Source of the DNA: Octopus vulgaris
Taxonomy: Eukaryota
Assembly (NCBI GenBank): GCA_951406725.2
Contig: OX597840.1
Coordinates: 34,658,001-34,722,000, forward strand
Direction: 5' to 3'
Length of the DNA stretch: 64,000 nucleotides
Shown here piece by piece: positions 28,398-40,467 of the stretch (positions are counted from its first letter, which is position 1; every line of letters starts with the position of its first letter). Position numbers and translations under genes: made by a program. The notes under the pieces were generated by a model. The model saw nothing but the letters and a program-made list of their open reading frames with translations. It ran no database searches and had not been told where the DNA came from.

Positions 28398-29292
28398 GTT
28401 ATATATGTATGTATGTATATATATATATAAACTTACATATGAGTGTGTGCGTGTATATATATAAATATATAAGTATATGTGTGTATATATATCACATGAT
28501 CACGTAACTGACCAGACCATCAGATGTTGTTACACATCGCTGGTCACAATGCATTCGCATTGTTTTAGCCTTCGAATGATGCCACCCCGCTGGCTAAGCG
28601 AGCAGGCCAACAGAAGAGAGGGTGAGAGAAAGAGTGGTGAAAGAGTACAGCAGGGATCACCACCACCCCACTGCCGGAATCTCGTGGAGCTTTAGGTGTT
28701 TTCGCTCAATAAACACTCACAACACACGGTCTGGGAATTGAAACCGCGATCCTACGACCGCGAGTCCGCTGCCCTAACCATTGCGCCTCCACGTGTATAT
28801 ATATATTGTTATATATGTATGTATGTATGTATGTATATATATATATATATAAACTTACATATGAGTGTGTGTATATATAAATAAAAATATATAAGTATAT
28901 GTGTGTGTATATATCACGTGATCACGTAACCGACCAGACCATCAGATGTTGTTACGCATCGCTGGTCACAATGCGTTCACATTGTTTTAGCCATCGAATG
29001 ACGCTAAGATGGGGGTATGATATCCAGGTAGATATCGAATTCTCAGAGTAAAATGCCAATACACACACACACACACAAATTTCTATTTGTACTTTTATAA
29101 TCAGTTGTTCATAATCTAACAAGGAAATGTAGACATTAAATTAACGATCGGGTAAAGTAGAGTATATGAGTTGGAGTTGAGGGGGTGCAGCAGTGAATTG
29201 ATAATTTAATGACCGAAAATTCTAGAACGAATCCAATGGCAACGTATTTTTTTTTGATTTCCTAACCTTGAGTCTGTATTCCTCTGTTGCAG

Positions 29293-29763
29293 TCCACACT
29301 TATGCAACCGACAATAATGGCAGCAACAATTCCTGTAGACGAAACTGCACGCGGTGAACTTGAATCAAATATGGTACCAGATGTTCCCTTGCCGTCGAAC
29401 CTTACCTATGCCTCGGGGCAATCTCAGGTGTGTAACAGCAGTCTGTTATCAAGCAATGCGGACGAAGCGATGAGAGAGAAATCTTGCAGCATCAACACAT
29501 CCAATGAGGAGGTCAACAAATTGGCGCTGTGCCCCTGGAGGTACGTGATCAACAGGGACGTGAACCGTGTTCCGCAAGACATCAAAGTGGCCAAGTGTTT
29601 GTGTGGCAAGTGTGCCGAAATGAGCAATTTCCTGAAGGAGTGCCGGACCATTTACAAAGACATGAAGATTTTTCGCCTCAACACTGCGACCGGTTCGTAC
29701 CAGCCAGAACTGGAAATGGTGCCAATCGCATGCGGATGCGGAATCTATTCCAAACAAGTGTAA
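29293..29763 (+). CDS. IL17: IL-17-like cytokine A, main exon (cystine-knot domain)
   Basis: Acceptor cctctgttgcag ends at 29292. The translation has IL-17 hallmarks LCPW...D.NRVP....AKCLCGKC...C..IY....FR....Y......VPIACGC; stop TAA at 29761-29763; GC-rich against the background. Confidence 0.92.
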   Translation, partial: STLMQPTIMAATIPVDETARGELESNMVPDVPLPSNLTYASGQSQVCNSSLLSSNADEAMREKSCSINTSNEEVNKLALCPWRYVINRDVNRVPQDIKVAKCLCGKCAEMSNFLKECRTIYKDMKIFRLNTATGSYQPELEMVPIACGCGIYSKQV

Positions 29764-29858
29764 ATTTTCGAAATGTTTGGTAAAAGGAAAGAAAAAAGAA
29801 GAAAAGAAACAGAAAAAGAAAGAAAGAAAGAAGGAAAGAAAGAAAGAAAGAAAGAAAG

Positions 29859-29864
29859 AATAAA
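29859..29864 (+). terminator. Candidate polyadenylation signal of IL-17 A
   Basis: AATAAA about 95 nt after the stop codon, followed by T-rich sequence. Confidence 0.45.
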
Positions 29865-31283
29865 CTGTATTGTAATTTATCAGAACTTTTCACATCTCGG
29901 ACAAAATTCTTAGCGGCATTTCATTTGTCTTTGCATTCTCAGCTCACATCCATTGAGGTTGACTTTCCATTCAGCTTTTAGAGATTGATAAAATAAGAAC
30001 CAGTCAAGTACTGCGCTTGATGTAATTGCCTTCTCCTTCTCTTTAAAAAAATTCTGGCCCTTGACCAAAATTTAAAACCATTATCATAAAGACAGAAAAT
30101 TAATTTCAGCCTTCATCTGAAGCAGGTTCACATGTTGGAATATGTTTTGGTATTGAGTGAAGTTACCTTCTTCAGTCAGAGCCACACATAAGGGCCGGTT
30201 TCCTGGTTTCATGGCGTATATCTTCCTCCACCTGGATAGGACGCTAGTCCATCGCACAGTTTACTCCATTTTTCCTGCTGAGTAGACTGGACCAATGAGA
30301 AATGAAGTGTTTTGCTCAAGAACACAATCCATCGCCCGGTCCAGGAATTGAAACTACAATCTTATGATCACCTTAACCACTAAGCCATGCACCTCCATAT
30401 TCTTTGCTTTCGACCCCCCCCCCCTGCACCAAGAGACTTGTTGGTAGTTTCAAATGGTTTAAAATAGAATCACAAAGTTGTTGGTGCAGAGGGGGTGGCA
30501 TGGAAGCTTCTCTCTGCTCACCAGACAGATGCGTGTATATCTGTATCTGTCTGTCTGTCTATCTATCTATGTATAAATACATACATACATATATATATGT
30601 ATATATATATCTATATGTATATTTATATGTATATGTATATATATATATATGCACACACACACATATATTTATATACACTTACATATATACATATACATAC
30701 ATGCATATACACATATACATACATGCATATACACATATACTTACATGCATATATATATATATACATACATGCATATACACCCACCCACATACACAGCTAT
30801 TGTTGAATAAATAAAAATATTAAATATTTAATTGTCTGAAATAAAGAGTTGTTGTTAATTGATTATAATTTTACCATCCTAATTAGCCTCTCTGCACAGA
30901 GATGAATTTTTTTTTTTTTGTAATTAACAGAATAATTGAAGTGTTGGACTAAATACCTTGCAGTAATTAGGTACACCCTTTTACGTTCTCTGTTCAAGTC
31001 CCGTAGAGGTCAAGTTTATCTTTCAGTCGTGCAGGGTTGGTGAGAAATAAAGTACCAGTTATATATTGGGGGTTGATGTGAATGACTCTACCCTTTTCTT
31101 CAAATTTCTCACCTTGTGTCATCATCATCATCACCACCACCACCACCACCACCACTGTTGTCATCATTGTTGTTGTCGTCATCACCACCACCACCACCAT
31201 CCCCCCCCCCATCCTCACCACCACCACTGCCACCTCTTCCACCATCTAATACTGACTCATATCAGACGGCTGAAATAATATAA

Positions 31284-34149
31284 TCTATATATATAAAACT
31301 CTAGTTGTGTGAATGTCTGTCCCCTTCGATTTAGATTCCTAACTACTCCCACATTTTGTGGTGCAGTGTAACCAAAACCGGGTATCTTATAGTCGTGATT
31401 CATATCAAGCCCTTCTGGGTATTAGCACGCGTCTACGATGAGTCTACGATTTTAAAAATAATTTACCATCATTCTTTCCCATTTTAATGCATTTTTTTCG
31501 CTATTATATAAGGGAAGTAACTCTCTAAAAATGTCTACGATGAGTCAACGATTTAAAAAAAATTTACTATAATTCTTTTTCCATTTTTAATACATTTTTT
31601 TGCTATTTTTTGGCTATAACTCTCTAAAAATGCTTTATAGTTATTTCCCTTACAAACCCGAGCAACGCCGGGCGATACTGCTAGTAATCTATATATATAT
31701 AAAACTGTAGTTGTGTGAGTGTCTGTCCCCTTCGATTTAGATTCCTAACTACTCCCACATTTTGCGGTGCAGTTTAACCAAATTCGGGTATCTTATAGTC
31801 GTGATTCATATCAAGCCCTTCTGGGTATTAGCACGTGTCTACGATGAGTCAACGATTTAAAAAAAAATTTACCATAATTTTTTTTCCATTTTTAATGCAT
31901 TTTTTAATTTTTTTGCTATTTTTTTGCTATAACTCTCTAAAAATGCTTATATAGTTATTTCCCTTACAAACCCGAGCAACGCCGGGCGATACTGCTAGTA
32001 ATCTATATATATAAAACTGTAGTTGTGTGAGTGTCTGTCCCCTTCGATTTAGATTCCTAACTACTCCCACATTTTGCGGTGCAGTTTAACCAAATTCGGG
32101 TATCTTATAGTCGTGATTCATATCAAGCCCTTCTGGGTATTAGCACGCGTCTACGATGAGTCAACGATTTAAAAAAAAATTTACCATCATTTTTTTTCCA
32201 TTTTTAATGCATTTTAAAATTTTTTTGCTATTTTTTGGCTATAACTCTCTAAAAATGCTTATATAGTTATTTCCCTTACAAACCCGAGCAACGCCGGGCG
32301 ATACTGCTAGTAATCTATATATATAAAACTGTAGTTGTGTGAGTGTCTGTCCCCTTCGATTTAGATTCCTAACTACTCCCACATTTTGCGGTGCAGTTTA
32401 ACCAAATTCGGGTATCTTATAGTCGTGATTCATATCAAGCCCTTCTGGGTATTAGCACGTGTCTACGATGAGTCAACGATTTAAAAAAAAATTTACCATA
32501 ATTTTTTTTCCATTTTTAATGCATTTTTAAATTTTTTTGCTATTTTTTGGCTATAACTCTCTAAAAATGCTTATATAGTTATTTCCCTTACAAACCCGAG
32601 CAACGCCGGGCGATACTGCTAGTAATCTATATATATAAAACTGTAGTTGTGTGAGTGTCTGTCCCCTTCGATTTAGATTCCTAACTACTCCCACATTTTG
32701 TGGTGCAGTTTAACCAAATTCGGGTATCTTATAGTCGTGATTCATATCAAGCCCTTCTGGGTATTAGTGCGCGTCTACGATGAGTCTACGATTTAAAAAA
32801 AATTTACCATCATTTTTTTTTCCATTTTTAATGCATTTTAAAATTTTTTTGCTATTTTTTGGCTATAACTCTCTAAAAATGCTTATATAGTTATTTCCCT
32901 TACAAACCCGAGCAACGCCGGGCGATACTGCTAGTAATCTATATATATAAAACTGTAGTTGTGTGAGTGTCTGTCCCCTTCGATTTAGATTCCTAACTAC
33001 TCCCACATTTTGTGGTGCAGTTTAACCAAATTCGGGTATCTTATAGTCGTGATTCATATCAAGCCCTTCTGGGTATTAGCACGCGTCTACGATGAGTCTA
33101 CGATTTAAAAAAAAATTTACCATAATTTTTTTCCATTTTAATGCATTTTTTTGCTATTATATAAGGGAAGTAACTCTCTAAAAATGTCTACGATGAGTCA
33201 ACGATTTAAAAAAAATTTACTATAATTTTTTTTCCATTTTTAATGCATTTTTTTGCTATTTTTTGGCTATAACTCTCTAAAAATGCTTATATAGTTATTT
33301 CCCTTACAAACCCGAGCAACGCCGGGCGATACTGCTAGTAATCTATATATATAAAACTGTAGTTGTGTGAGTGTCTGTCCCCTTCGATTTAGATTCCTAA
33401 CTACTCCCACATTTTGTGGTGCAGTTTAACCAAATTCGGGTATCTTATAGTCGTGATTCATATCAAGCCCTTCTGGGTATTAGCACGCGTCTACGATGAG
33501 TCTACGATTTAAAAAAAAATTTACCATAATTTTTTTCCATTTTAATGCATTTTTTTGCTATTATATAAGGGAAGTAACTCTCTAAAAATGTCTACGATGA
33601 GTCAACGATTTAAAAAAAATTTACTATAATTTTTTTTCCATTTTTAATGCATTTTTTTGCTATTTTTTGGCTATAACTCTCTAAAAATGCTTATATAGTT
33701 ATTTCCCTTACAAACCCGAGCAACGCCGGGCGATACTGCTAGTAATCTATATATATAAAACTGTAGTTGTGTGAGTGTCTGTCCCCTTCGATTTAGATTC
33801 CTAACTACTCCCACATTTTGCGGTGCAGTTTAACCAAATTCAGGTATCTTATAGTCGTGATTCATATCAAGCCCTTCTGGGTATTAGCACGCGTCTACGA
33901 TGAGTCTACGATTTTAAAAATAATTTACCATCATTTTTTTCCATTTTAACGCATATTTTTTTAAATATAAGGGAAGTAACTCTCTAAAAACGTCTACGAT
34001 GAGTCAACGATTTAAAAAAAAATTACCATAATTTTTTTTCCATTTTTAATGCATTTTTTTTTTTTGCTATTTTTTTGCTATAACTCTCTAAAAATGCTTA
34101 TATAGTTATTTCCCTTGCAAACCCGAGCAACGCCGGGCGATACTGCTAG
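31284..34149 (+). mobile_element. Head-to-tail array of 8 non-autonomous Helitron units
   Basis: Each unit starts TCTATATATATAAAA and ends with hairpin CCCGAGCAACGCCGGG followed by CTAG. Starts at 31284, 31688, 32002, 32314, 32626, 32938, 33342, 33746; periods about 404/314/312/312/312/404/404/404. Confidence 0.9.
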
Positions 34150-34260
34150 TGTGTATATAATATAATGTGCCAGTTGGAAAAGAGAAGAGACACAACCGAG
34201 TAGAAGGCTTATGGAAGATTTATTCATATATTTACAGGCATTTGTCATCACAACCACCAC

Positions 34261-34301
<41 letters not shown>

Positions 34302-34334
34302 CCACCATCATCATCATCATCATCATCATCATCC

Positions 34335-34635
34335 ACAAAGTTACCAACCACCTCACCAACAACAACAACACTGAACACCTTTTTGATCTCCATGTGTCCA
34401 ACACCCGTGGACATGCCTACAAAGTCAGAAAGCAACACAGCTCCTTCCATGACTTTCGGAAACATTTTCTTCACGCTCAGGGTTGCTGAAGCATGGAACA
34501 AACTGCCTGCGTCAGTTGTTGACTGCCATGACACTGCATCCTTTAAGGCCCTCATGCTTTCCGAAATCCGCCGAAACTACACCTGATTATATATACACTT
34601 TAGATGAGTTGTAGTGCACCTGAGCACTGTATACA

Positions 34636-34637
<2 letters not shown>
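34335..34637 (+). mobile_element. CR1-clade LINE 3' fragment
   Basis: NTRGHAYKVRKQHS..FFTLRVAEAWNKLP, followed by an (ATT)n tail. Confidence 0.8.
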
Positions 34638-34700
<63 letters not shown>

Positions 34701-34820
34701 TCATCATCATCATCATCATCATCATTGTAACCATTGCTGTCGTCATCATTGTCATCATTTAATGCCCATGTTCCGTACTGGCCCATGGACATTAATAATT
34801 ATAAATAATTATCGTTACGA

Positions 34821-35300
34821 CTATTCCGAGGGCTGAAGCCATTGCTCTTTTGCGTTGACATATTGTATCTGAGGGGCGTGGCACGTGCAGGCTATCGGCA
34901 CCTTGTCCCAGGCGTGCACATAGGACCCCTGGTCTGTATCGTACCTGAGCACGTTCATCACCCTGTATATGGGGGAGCAGACGTTCAGCGACTCCGGTAT
35001 GGCACACTTCTGGCAGCGGCATTTCGCGGCGTTGATGTGTTTCGGGATGCGGTTGACGTCGGTGTGAACGTAGCTGGTCCACGGACAGAGGGAGAGTTCG
35101 GATACGGCATCGCTGGACACGTTGATGTTGCAGGATCCGTCCGATTCCGCTTGGCTCGCGTTGACGTCGAGGATGTGCAGGCAGCCGTCGAGCGACGTCT
35201 TGTGGTGTTCGCTGCATGGACTGGATGGCAACGAGGCAGCGTTTGGGTGGTGCGTTGGGAGAAGGGTCAGCGTTAACAACAAGACGGAACAGACTTGAAG
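34821..35300 (-). CDS. IL17: IL-17-like cytokine B, main exon (cystine-knot domain)
   Basis: Minus-strand acceptor tatatttcag (AG at 35302-35301). Hydrophobic LQVCSVLLLTLTLL, then LCPW...D.NRIP....AKCRCQKC...CSPIY....LR....Y......VPIACTC; stop TAG at 34823-34821. The N-terminal 39 aa of the tracked ORF are intronic microsatellite. Confidence 0.92.
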   Translation of the reverse strand, partial: LQVCSVLLLTLTLLPTHHPNAASLPSSPCSEHHKTSLDGCLHILDVNASQAESDGSCNINVSSDAVSELSLCPWTSYVHTDVNRIPKHINAAKCRCQKCAIPESLNVCSPIYRVMNVLRYDTDQGSYVHAWDKVPIACTCHAPQIQYVNAKEQWLQPSE

Positions 35301-35339
35301 CTGAAATATAAGTGTTGTCATCATCATCATCATCATCAT

Positions 35340-35790
35340 AAACATACATACATATATACATACATACATGCATGCATACATACATTCATACATACATACA
35401 TACATGCATGCATACATTCATACATACATACATAAATACATGCATGCATACATACATACATACATACATACATACATACATACATACATACATACATACA
35501 TACGTACATACATACATACATACATACATACATACATGCATACATACATACATACATTTATACATACATTCATACATACATACATAAATACATGCATGCA
35601 TACATGCATGCATACATACATACATACATACATTTATACATACATACATACATACATACATACATACATACATTCATACATACATACATAAATACATGCA
35701 TGCATACATGCATACATACATACATACATACACACACACATACATACATACATACATACACACACACATACATACACACACACAGACAGA
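35340..35790. repeat. (TACA)n tetranucleotide tract in the IL-17 B intron
   Basis: Directly visible; inverse (TATG)n tract at about 36595-36890. Confidence 0.95.
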
Positions 35791-36217
35791 TAGATAGATA
35801 GATAGGCAGATATATAGGCAAGCAGACAGACAAACAGATAGACAAATAAACAAACACACAAATAAACAGACAAATAAACACACACAAACACATATATACA
35901 TATATACAACGGGCTTCTTTCAGTTTCCGTCTACCAAATCCACTCACAAGGCATTGGTCGGCCCGGGGCTATAGCAGAAGACACTTACCCAAGATGCCAC
36001 GCAGTGGGACTGAACTCGGAACCATGTGGTTGGTAAGCAAGCTACTTACCACACAGCCACTCCTGTGCGCCAGCTGAGGGGCCTGGAGCAACGTGAAATA
36101 AAGTGTCTTGCTCAAGGACTCAATGTGTCGCTAGGAATTGAACTCATGACCTTAAGATCACGAGCCGAGTGTAGAAATTTGTGTATAAAAATTAGAAAGA
36201 AAAGTTCTTAAACTCAC

Positions 36218-36241
36218 CAAAGAAACTGGTTTGGCTAACAT
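36218..36241 (-). CDS. IL17: IL-17-like gene B, coding exon 1 (MLAKPVSL)
   Basis: Minus strand reads aagcATG TTA GCC AAA CCA GTT TCT TTG|gtgagt, a consensus phase-0 donor. Joined to 35300 it gives MLAKPVSLLQVCSVLLLTLTLLP, a typical signal peptide. A possible acceptor tttttttatag at 36351-36350 suggests a further upstream UTR exon. Confidence 0.75.
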
Positions 36242-36617
36242 GCTTGTTGTTGTTGTTCTTGGTGTTGTTTTGGTTGTGGGATGTTGCAAACGGTTCTTCT
36301 TGTTGTTGCTGTTCTTACTGTTTCCAGATCTTTCCGAAAATAAGGAATTCTATAAAAAAAGACTATGAAACAACAAAATTTTTATTGGGTATCAGGAACC
36401 CTAGTAATATCAATAGTAGCAGCCACAGTAGTAGTAGTAGTAGTGGCAGTAGTAATAATAGTAGTAGTCTGGGATTTATTCTATTGGAGTCTTTTGCTGA
36501 TCTGCTAAGTTACAGAGATGTAAACACAGTAACACCGGTTATCAAGCGGTGTTGGGGGACAAACACAGACACAAAGGCAGACACATATACATATATGTAT
36601 GTATGTATGTAAGTATG

Positions 36618-36648
<31 letters not shown>

Positions 36649-36885
36649 GTATGTATGTATGTATGTAAGTATGTATGTATGTATGTATGTATGTATGTAT
36701 GTATATATGTAAGTATGTATGTATGTATGTTTGTATGTATGTATGTATGTATGTATGTATATATGTAAGTATGTATGTATGTAAGTATGTATGTATGTAT
36801 GTAAGTAAGTATGTATGTATGTATGTAAGTATGTATGTATGTATGTATGTATGTATGTATGTATGTGTGTGTGTATGTATGTATG

Positions 36886-36927
<42 letters not shown>

Positions 36928-37111
36928 TAGATAGATAGATAGATAGGTTGATAGATTGATAGATAGATAAAATGCTAGAGATACAGAGATAAATAGACAG
37001 ATAGATAAATAGATAGATGTGTCACTAGGAATTGAACTTACGACGTTAAGATCACGAGCCGAGTGTAGAAATTTGTGTGTAAAAATTAGAAAGAAAAGTT
37101 CTTAAACTCAC

Positions 37112-37135
37112 CAAAGAAACTGGTTTGGCAAACAT
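37112..37135 (-). other. Duplicated copy of IL-17 B first coding exon (MFAKPVSL|gtgagt)
   Basis: 37018-37148 is a near-identical copy of 36124-36253 with ATG and GTGAGT donor intact; one codon changed (TTA to TTT). Confidence 0.7.
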
Positions 37136-37724
37136 GCTTGTTGTTGTTAAATAGATAGATAGATAGATAGATAGATAAATGGATTGCTATACAGGTAGTA
37201 AATAGATAAATAGATGGACATATAGGTAAATAAGTAGATAGATAAACAGATGGGTAGGTCGATAAATAGAGAGAGACTTTATAAATTTCTCTCTGTCTGT
37301 CTGTCCGTCGCCTAGTTATGTAATTACATAATGAAATAAATATACAAAGCTAAACCATTATAACTAATTGGCATTCCCATTCTGCAAGTGCCATAAACAT
37401 AAAATCATTTCAGTGACTCTCTGGCTCCTCATTTACAATCCTTAAACATTATTTAGATAAACCTGTCTGCTGTATCGATTATGATCTTAATCTGACACGA
37501 GACAGGAGGAAAAGTTGTGAAGCTCGTCCGACAAAAGAAGACGTTTGTGTTTGACATTTCAATGGCTGAGAGTGTTCACGGTCTGCCACGTGTAATTGGT
37601 TGCAAGTTTACCCACCAAGTAATTGACTGCCGGTTCAATTTGTGGGTTTGTGTGTCACCCTTACACATGAACGCTTTTTCTTCCTTGTTTTTTTACTACT
37701 GAAGGCTGCACAAGCATGTCATGC

Positions 37725-37771
<47 letters not shown>

Positions 37772-37786
37772 CATATATACACATAC

Positions 37787-37818
<32 letters not shown>

Positions 37819-37873
37819 ATATGTATGTATATGTATGTATATGTATATGTATATAGGTATATGTATATATATG

Positions 37874-37914
<41 letters not shown>

Positions 37915-37932
<18 letters not shown>

Positions 37933-38699
37933 GGCAGTTTGTCTGTCTGTGTGTCTGTGTGTCTGTCAGGTTGTACCCTCACCCTAACCACGGCTTTCAA
38001 CCGATTCTGATGAAACTTGACACACACATAGCCCAATGTCATAATTCAAAACTAATGCAGCGAAAATTTTGAAAAGTTCCCCCAGTTCTGAAAAAAATCG
38101 ATAAATTTGACATGGAGTCAAGAATCTAAGCTTATCATATGCAACACATTTTCCGTTGTAGTTTTCGCAACATGCAATCGATTTTCACCAAACTCATGGT
38201 GAAGCTTAATGTTACCCTAAGGAACTTAATTCTGTCGTTAGTTTTCCATGCAATATCTTACCATCAGAAAAAATCGATAAAATCATGCCATTTTGGGAAA
38301 TCGCGTTCAAATTCAAGATGACATATTTTCGACAATATCTTTCACAAATTGGCAGGAATTTTTTTTGAAATTCACAGCGAGCATCATGTCTGCTCCAAGG
38401 AGCTATATGGCCCTTTTGATTCCAATAGGATACGTTATTACTTGAAAAAATCGGTTAATTACATCATATGTGGCACACATAGCAAACCGATGTTTCTGTG
38501 ATATTTTTTGAAAGTTCACATAGATTGTCCCTACTTCTTCATGCATGCAAGGGAACGGTGCCTTGAATGCCTTAATGTCTTTTAGGCTTCATTTTACAAA
38601 ATAACGGTTCAATGAGTACAAAAATGGGTAAAAAGGTAGAGGGCATTGCTTATCGACAAAGTTTCTTACATACCGGGCAACGCCGGGCTATGCTGCTAG
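37915..38699 (+). mobile_element. Non-autonomous Helitron (second family)
   Basis: (TA)nAAA start merged into a microsatellite, (GTCT)-type tract, 3' hairpin CCGGGCAACGCCGGG at 38673-38687, CTAG|T end at 38696-38699. Confidence 0.75.
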
Positions 38700-38717
38700 T
38701 ATATATATATATGTGTG

Positions 38718-39020
38718 TGGAGGCGCAATGGCCCAGTGGTTAGGGTAGCGGACTCGCGGTCGTAGGATCGCGGTTTCGATTCCCAGACCGGGCGTTGTGA
38801 GTGTTTATTGGGCGAAAACACCTAAAGCTCCACGATGCTCCTGCAGGGGGTGGTGGTGATCCCTGCTGTACTCTTTCACCACAACTTTCTCTCACTCTTT
38901 CTTCTGTTGGCCTGCTCACTTAGCTAGCGAGGAGGGGTCATTTGAAAGCTAAAACATTGCGAAGCGCATTGTGACCAGCGATGTGTAGCAAAATCTGATA
39001 GCCTGGTCAGTCACGGTGAT
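38718..39020 (+). mobile_element. tRNA-derived SINE family C (GGAGGCGCAATGGCCCAGTGGTTAGGG head), representative copy
   Basis: A-box TGGCCCAGTGG and B-box GGTTTCGATTCCC. Other copies at about 12040-12395, 13160-13530(-), 28495-28790(-) and 62788-63085. Confidence 0.85.
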
Positions 39021-39962
39021 ATATATATATATATTATGAAGATGTACTTGCATAGCAAGTGACTTGATCTGAGATCGTATGCTGGAGTGAAAACAATTGC
39101 AGCGTGGAAGGTGTTTATAAGCCATTTAAGAAACACACAAAACCGTTAGATTCACTTCAACATTTAAATTTAATTTGTCAAAATATTTTTGTCGCTTTGA
39201 GACTGCGACCTGTTCACTGACAAAAATCCGTGCTGCATCTCATGTTGTATATATATATATATATACATATATAGTTGAAAGGCTTAACCAGTTTCACAGT
39301 GTTTTCTGTTTTTAAAAGCTAAGATGGGGCTATGCCCCGACTGTCTTGCTTCTCTATATATAGACATAAACTTCTATAGTTTTGATCCAAAATTGGCCCC
39401 AGGCCATGTATGAATTATTAGCACCATCTGATAGAATCTACTAAGTCATTTTTAAGTCAAGTTTTGTGGTATCATAGCCTTTTCAAGAAAGGAGTTTTTG
39501 TTGATAGCTGGCTTATCTTGTATACCTTGAAGAAAACTTGTCCAGGGATTGTTTGAAGGTGATGGGATCTTTTCCTTTGACTTGTTTGGGGATGATGTTA
39601 ATTAGGTAAGGGCCAGACGAGGGAAAGAAATTGTATTACAGTGTGTTTATGAGTTGTGAACCTGAATTCTGTAGGGAGCGTACGATGCAGGGTCCCAACC
39701 TTGGATAAATTCTGAATTTGATTTTAAGGTCCCTTGGGCAGTGCTGGTGGTATAGCTTCAACATCATGCAAATAATGTAGCTCTCATTGCATTGGTGGAG
39801 AGAATAAAGTTCCATTGTTTTAAGGCAACCCCAAAAACCAGGATCAATCATGCAACTCTATAACTTAGCAGTTCAGCAAAAGAAACCGATAAAGCAAGCA
39901 CCAGGTTTGAAACAAAATAAATGCAAATCGTGTAAGCACTGATATATTATGAAATATCTTAC

Positions 39963-40072
39963 CACAAAGACGGTCTTCAAATGGTTGAAATAGAATCGTG
40001 ATTTCTGTCTGAGAAAGATCAAAATCAGTCGTGGACCAAATGGATTTGACTGCTTCCCTCTCATATATAAGG
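39963..40072 (-). promoter_or_regulatory. Candidate TATA-like promoter plus non-coding first exon of IL-17 B
   Basis: Minus strand: cttatatatga, then unique sequence with no ATG beyond the TATA-like motif, ending TTTGTG|gtaaga (donor at 39962-39957). It could splice to the acceptor at 36350. Confidence 0.3.
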
Positions 40073-40099
40073 ACATTTATATACACTCACCAGTCCTCT

Positions 40100-40158
<59 letters not shown>

Positions 40159-40348
40159 CATATATACATACACACATATATATAGATTATTTTATTTATT
40201 AGGGAATAAAAATTCCGGCATCACAGGGATTCAAATAAAATGAATTATACATACATATATATATACATATACATACACACATATATATACATATATACAT
40301 ACACATACATACATACATATATACATACATATATACATACATACATAT

Positions 40349-40403
<55 letters not shown>

Positions 40404-40419
40404 TACACATGCATACAGG

Positions 40420-40467
<48 letters not shown>

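Noticed and set aside
31284-34149. Regular repeat array as a CRISPR-like locus
   Set aside because: Units are 312-404 bp near-identical copies with Helitron ends and no unique spacers; eukaryotic context, no cas genes.
29424-35385. Overlapping alternative-frame and antisense ORFs at both IL-17 exons
   Set aside because: By-products of GC-rich coding exons; only one frame at each locus has the cystine-knot pattern.
35301-35417. N-terminal MYACMYVC...MMMM extension of the IL-17 B ORF
   Set aside because: Translation of intronic (TATG)n/(GAT)n; a proper acceptor lies at 35302-35301.
38718-38795. tRNA-like sequences with A and B boxes (many copies)
   Set aside because: They continue into SINE bodies and show no full cloverleaf, so they are SINE heads rather than tRNA genes.
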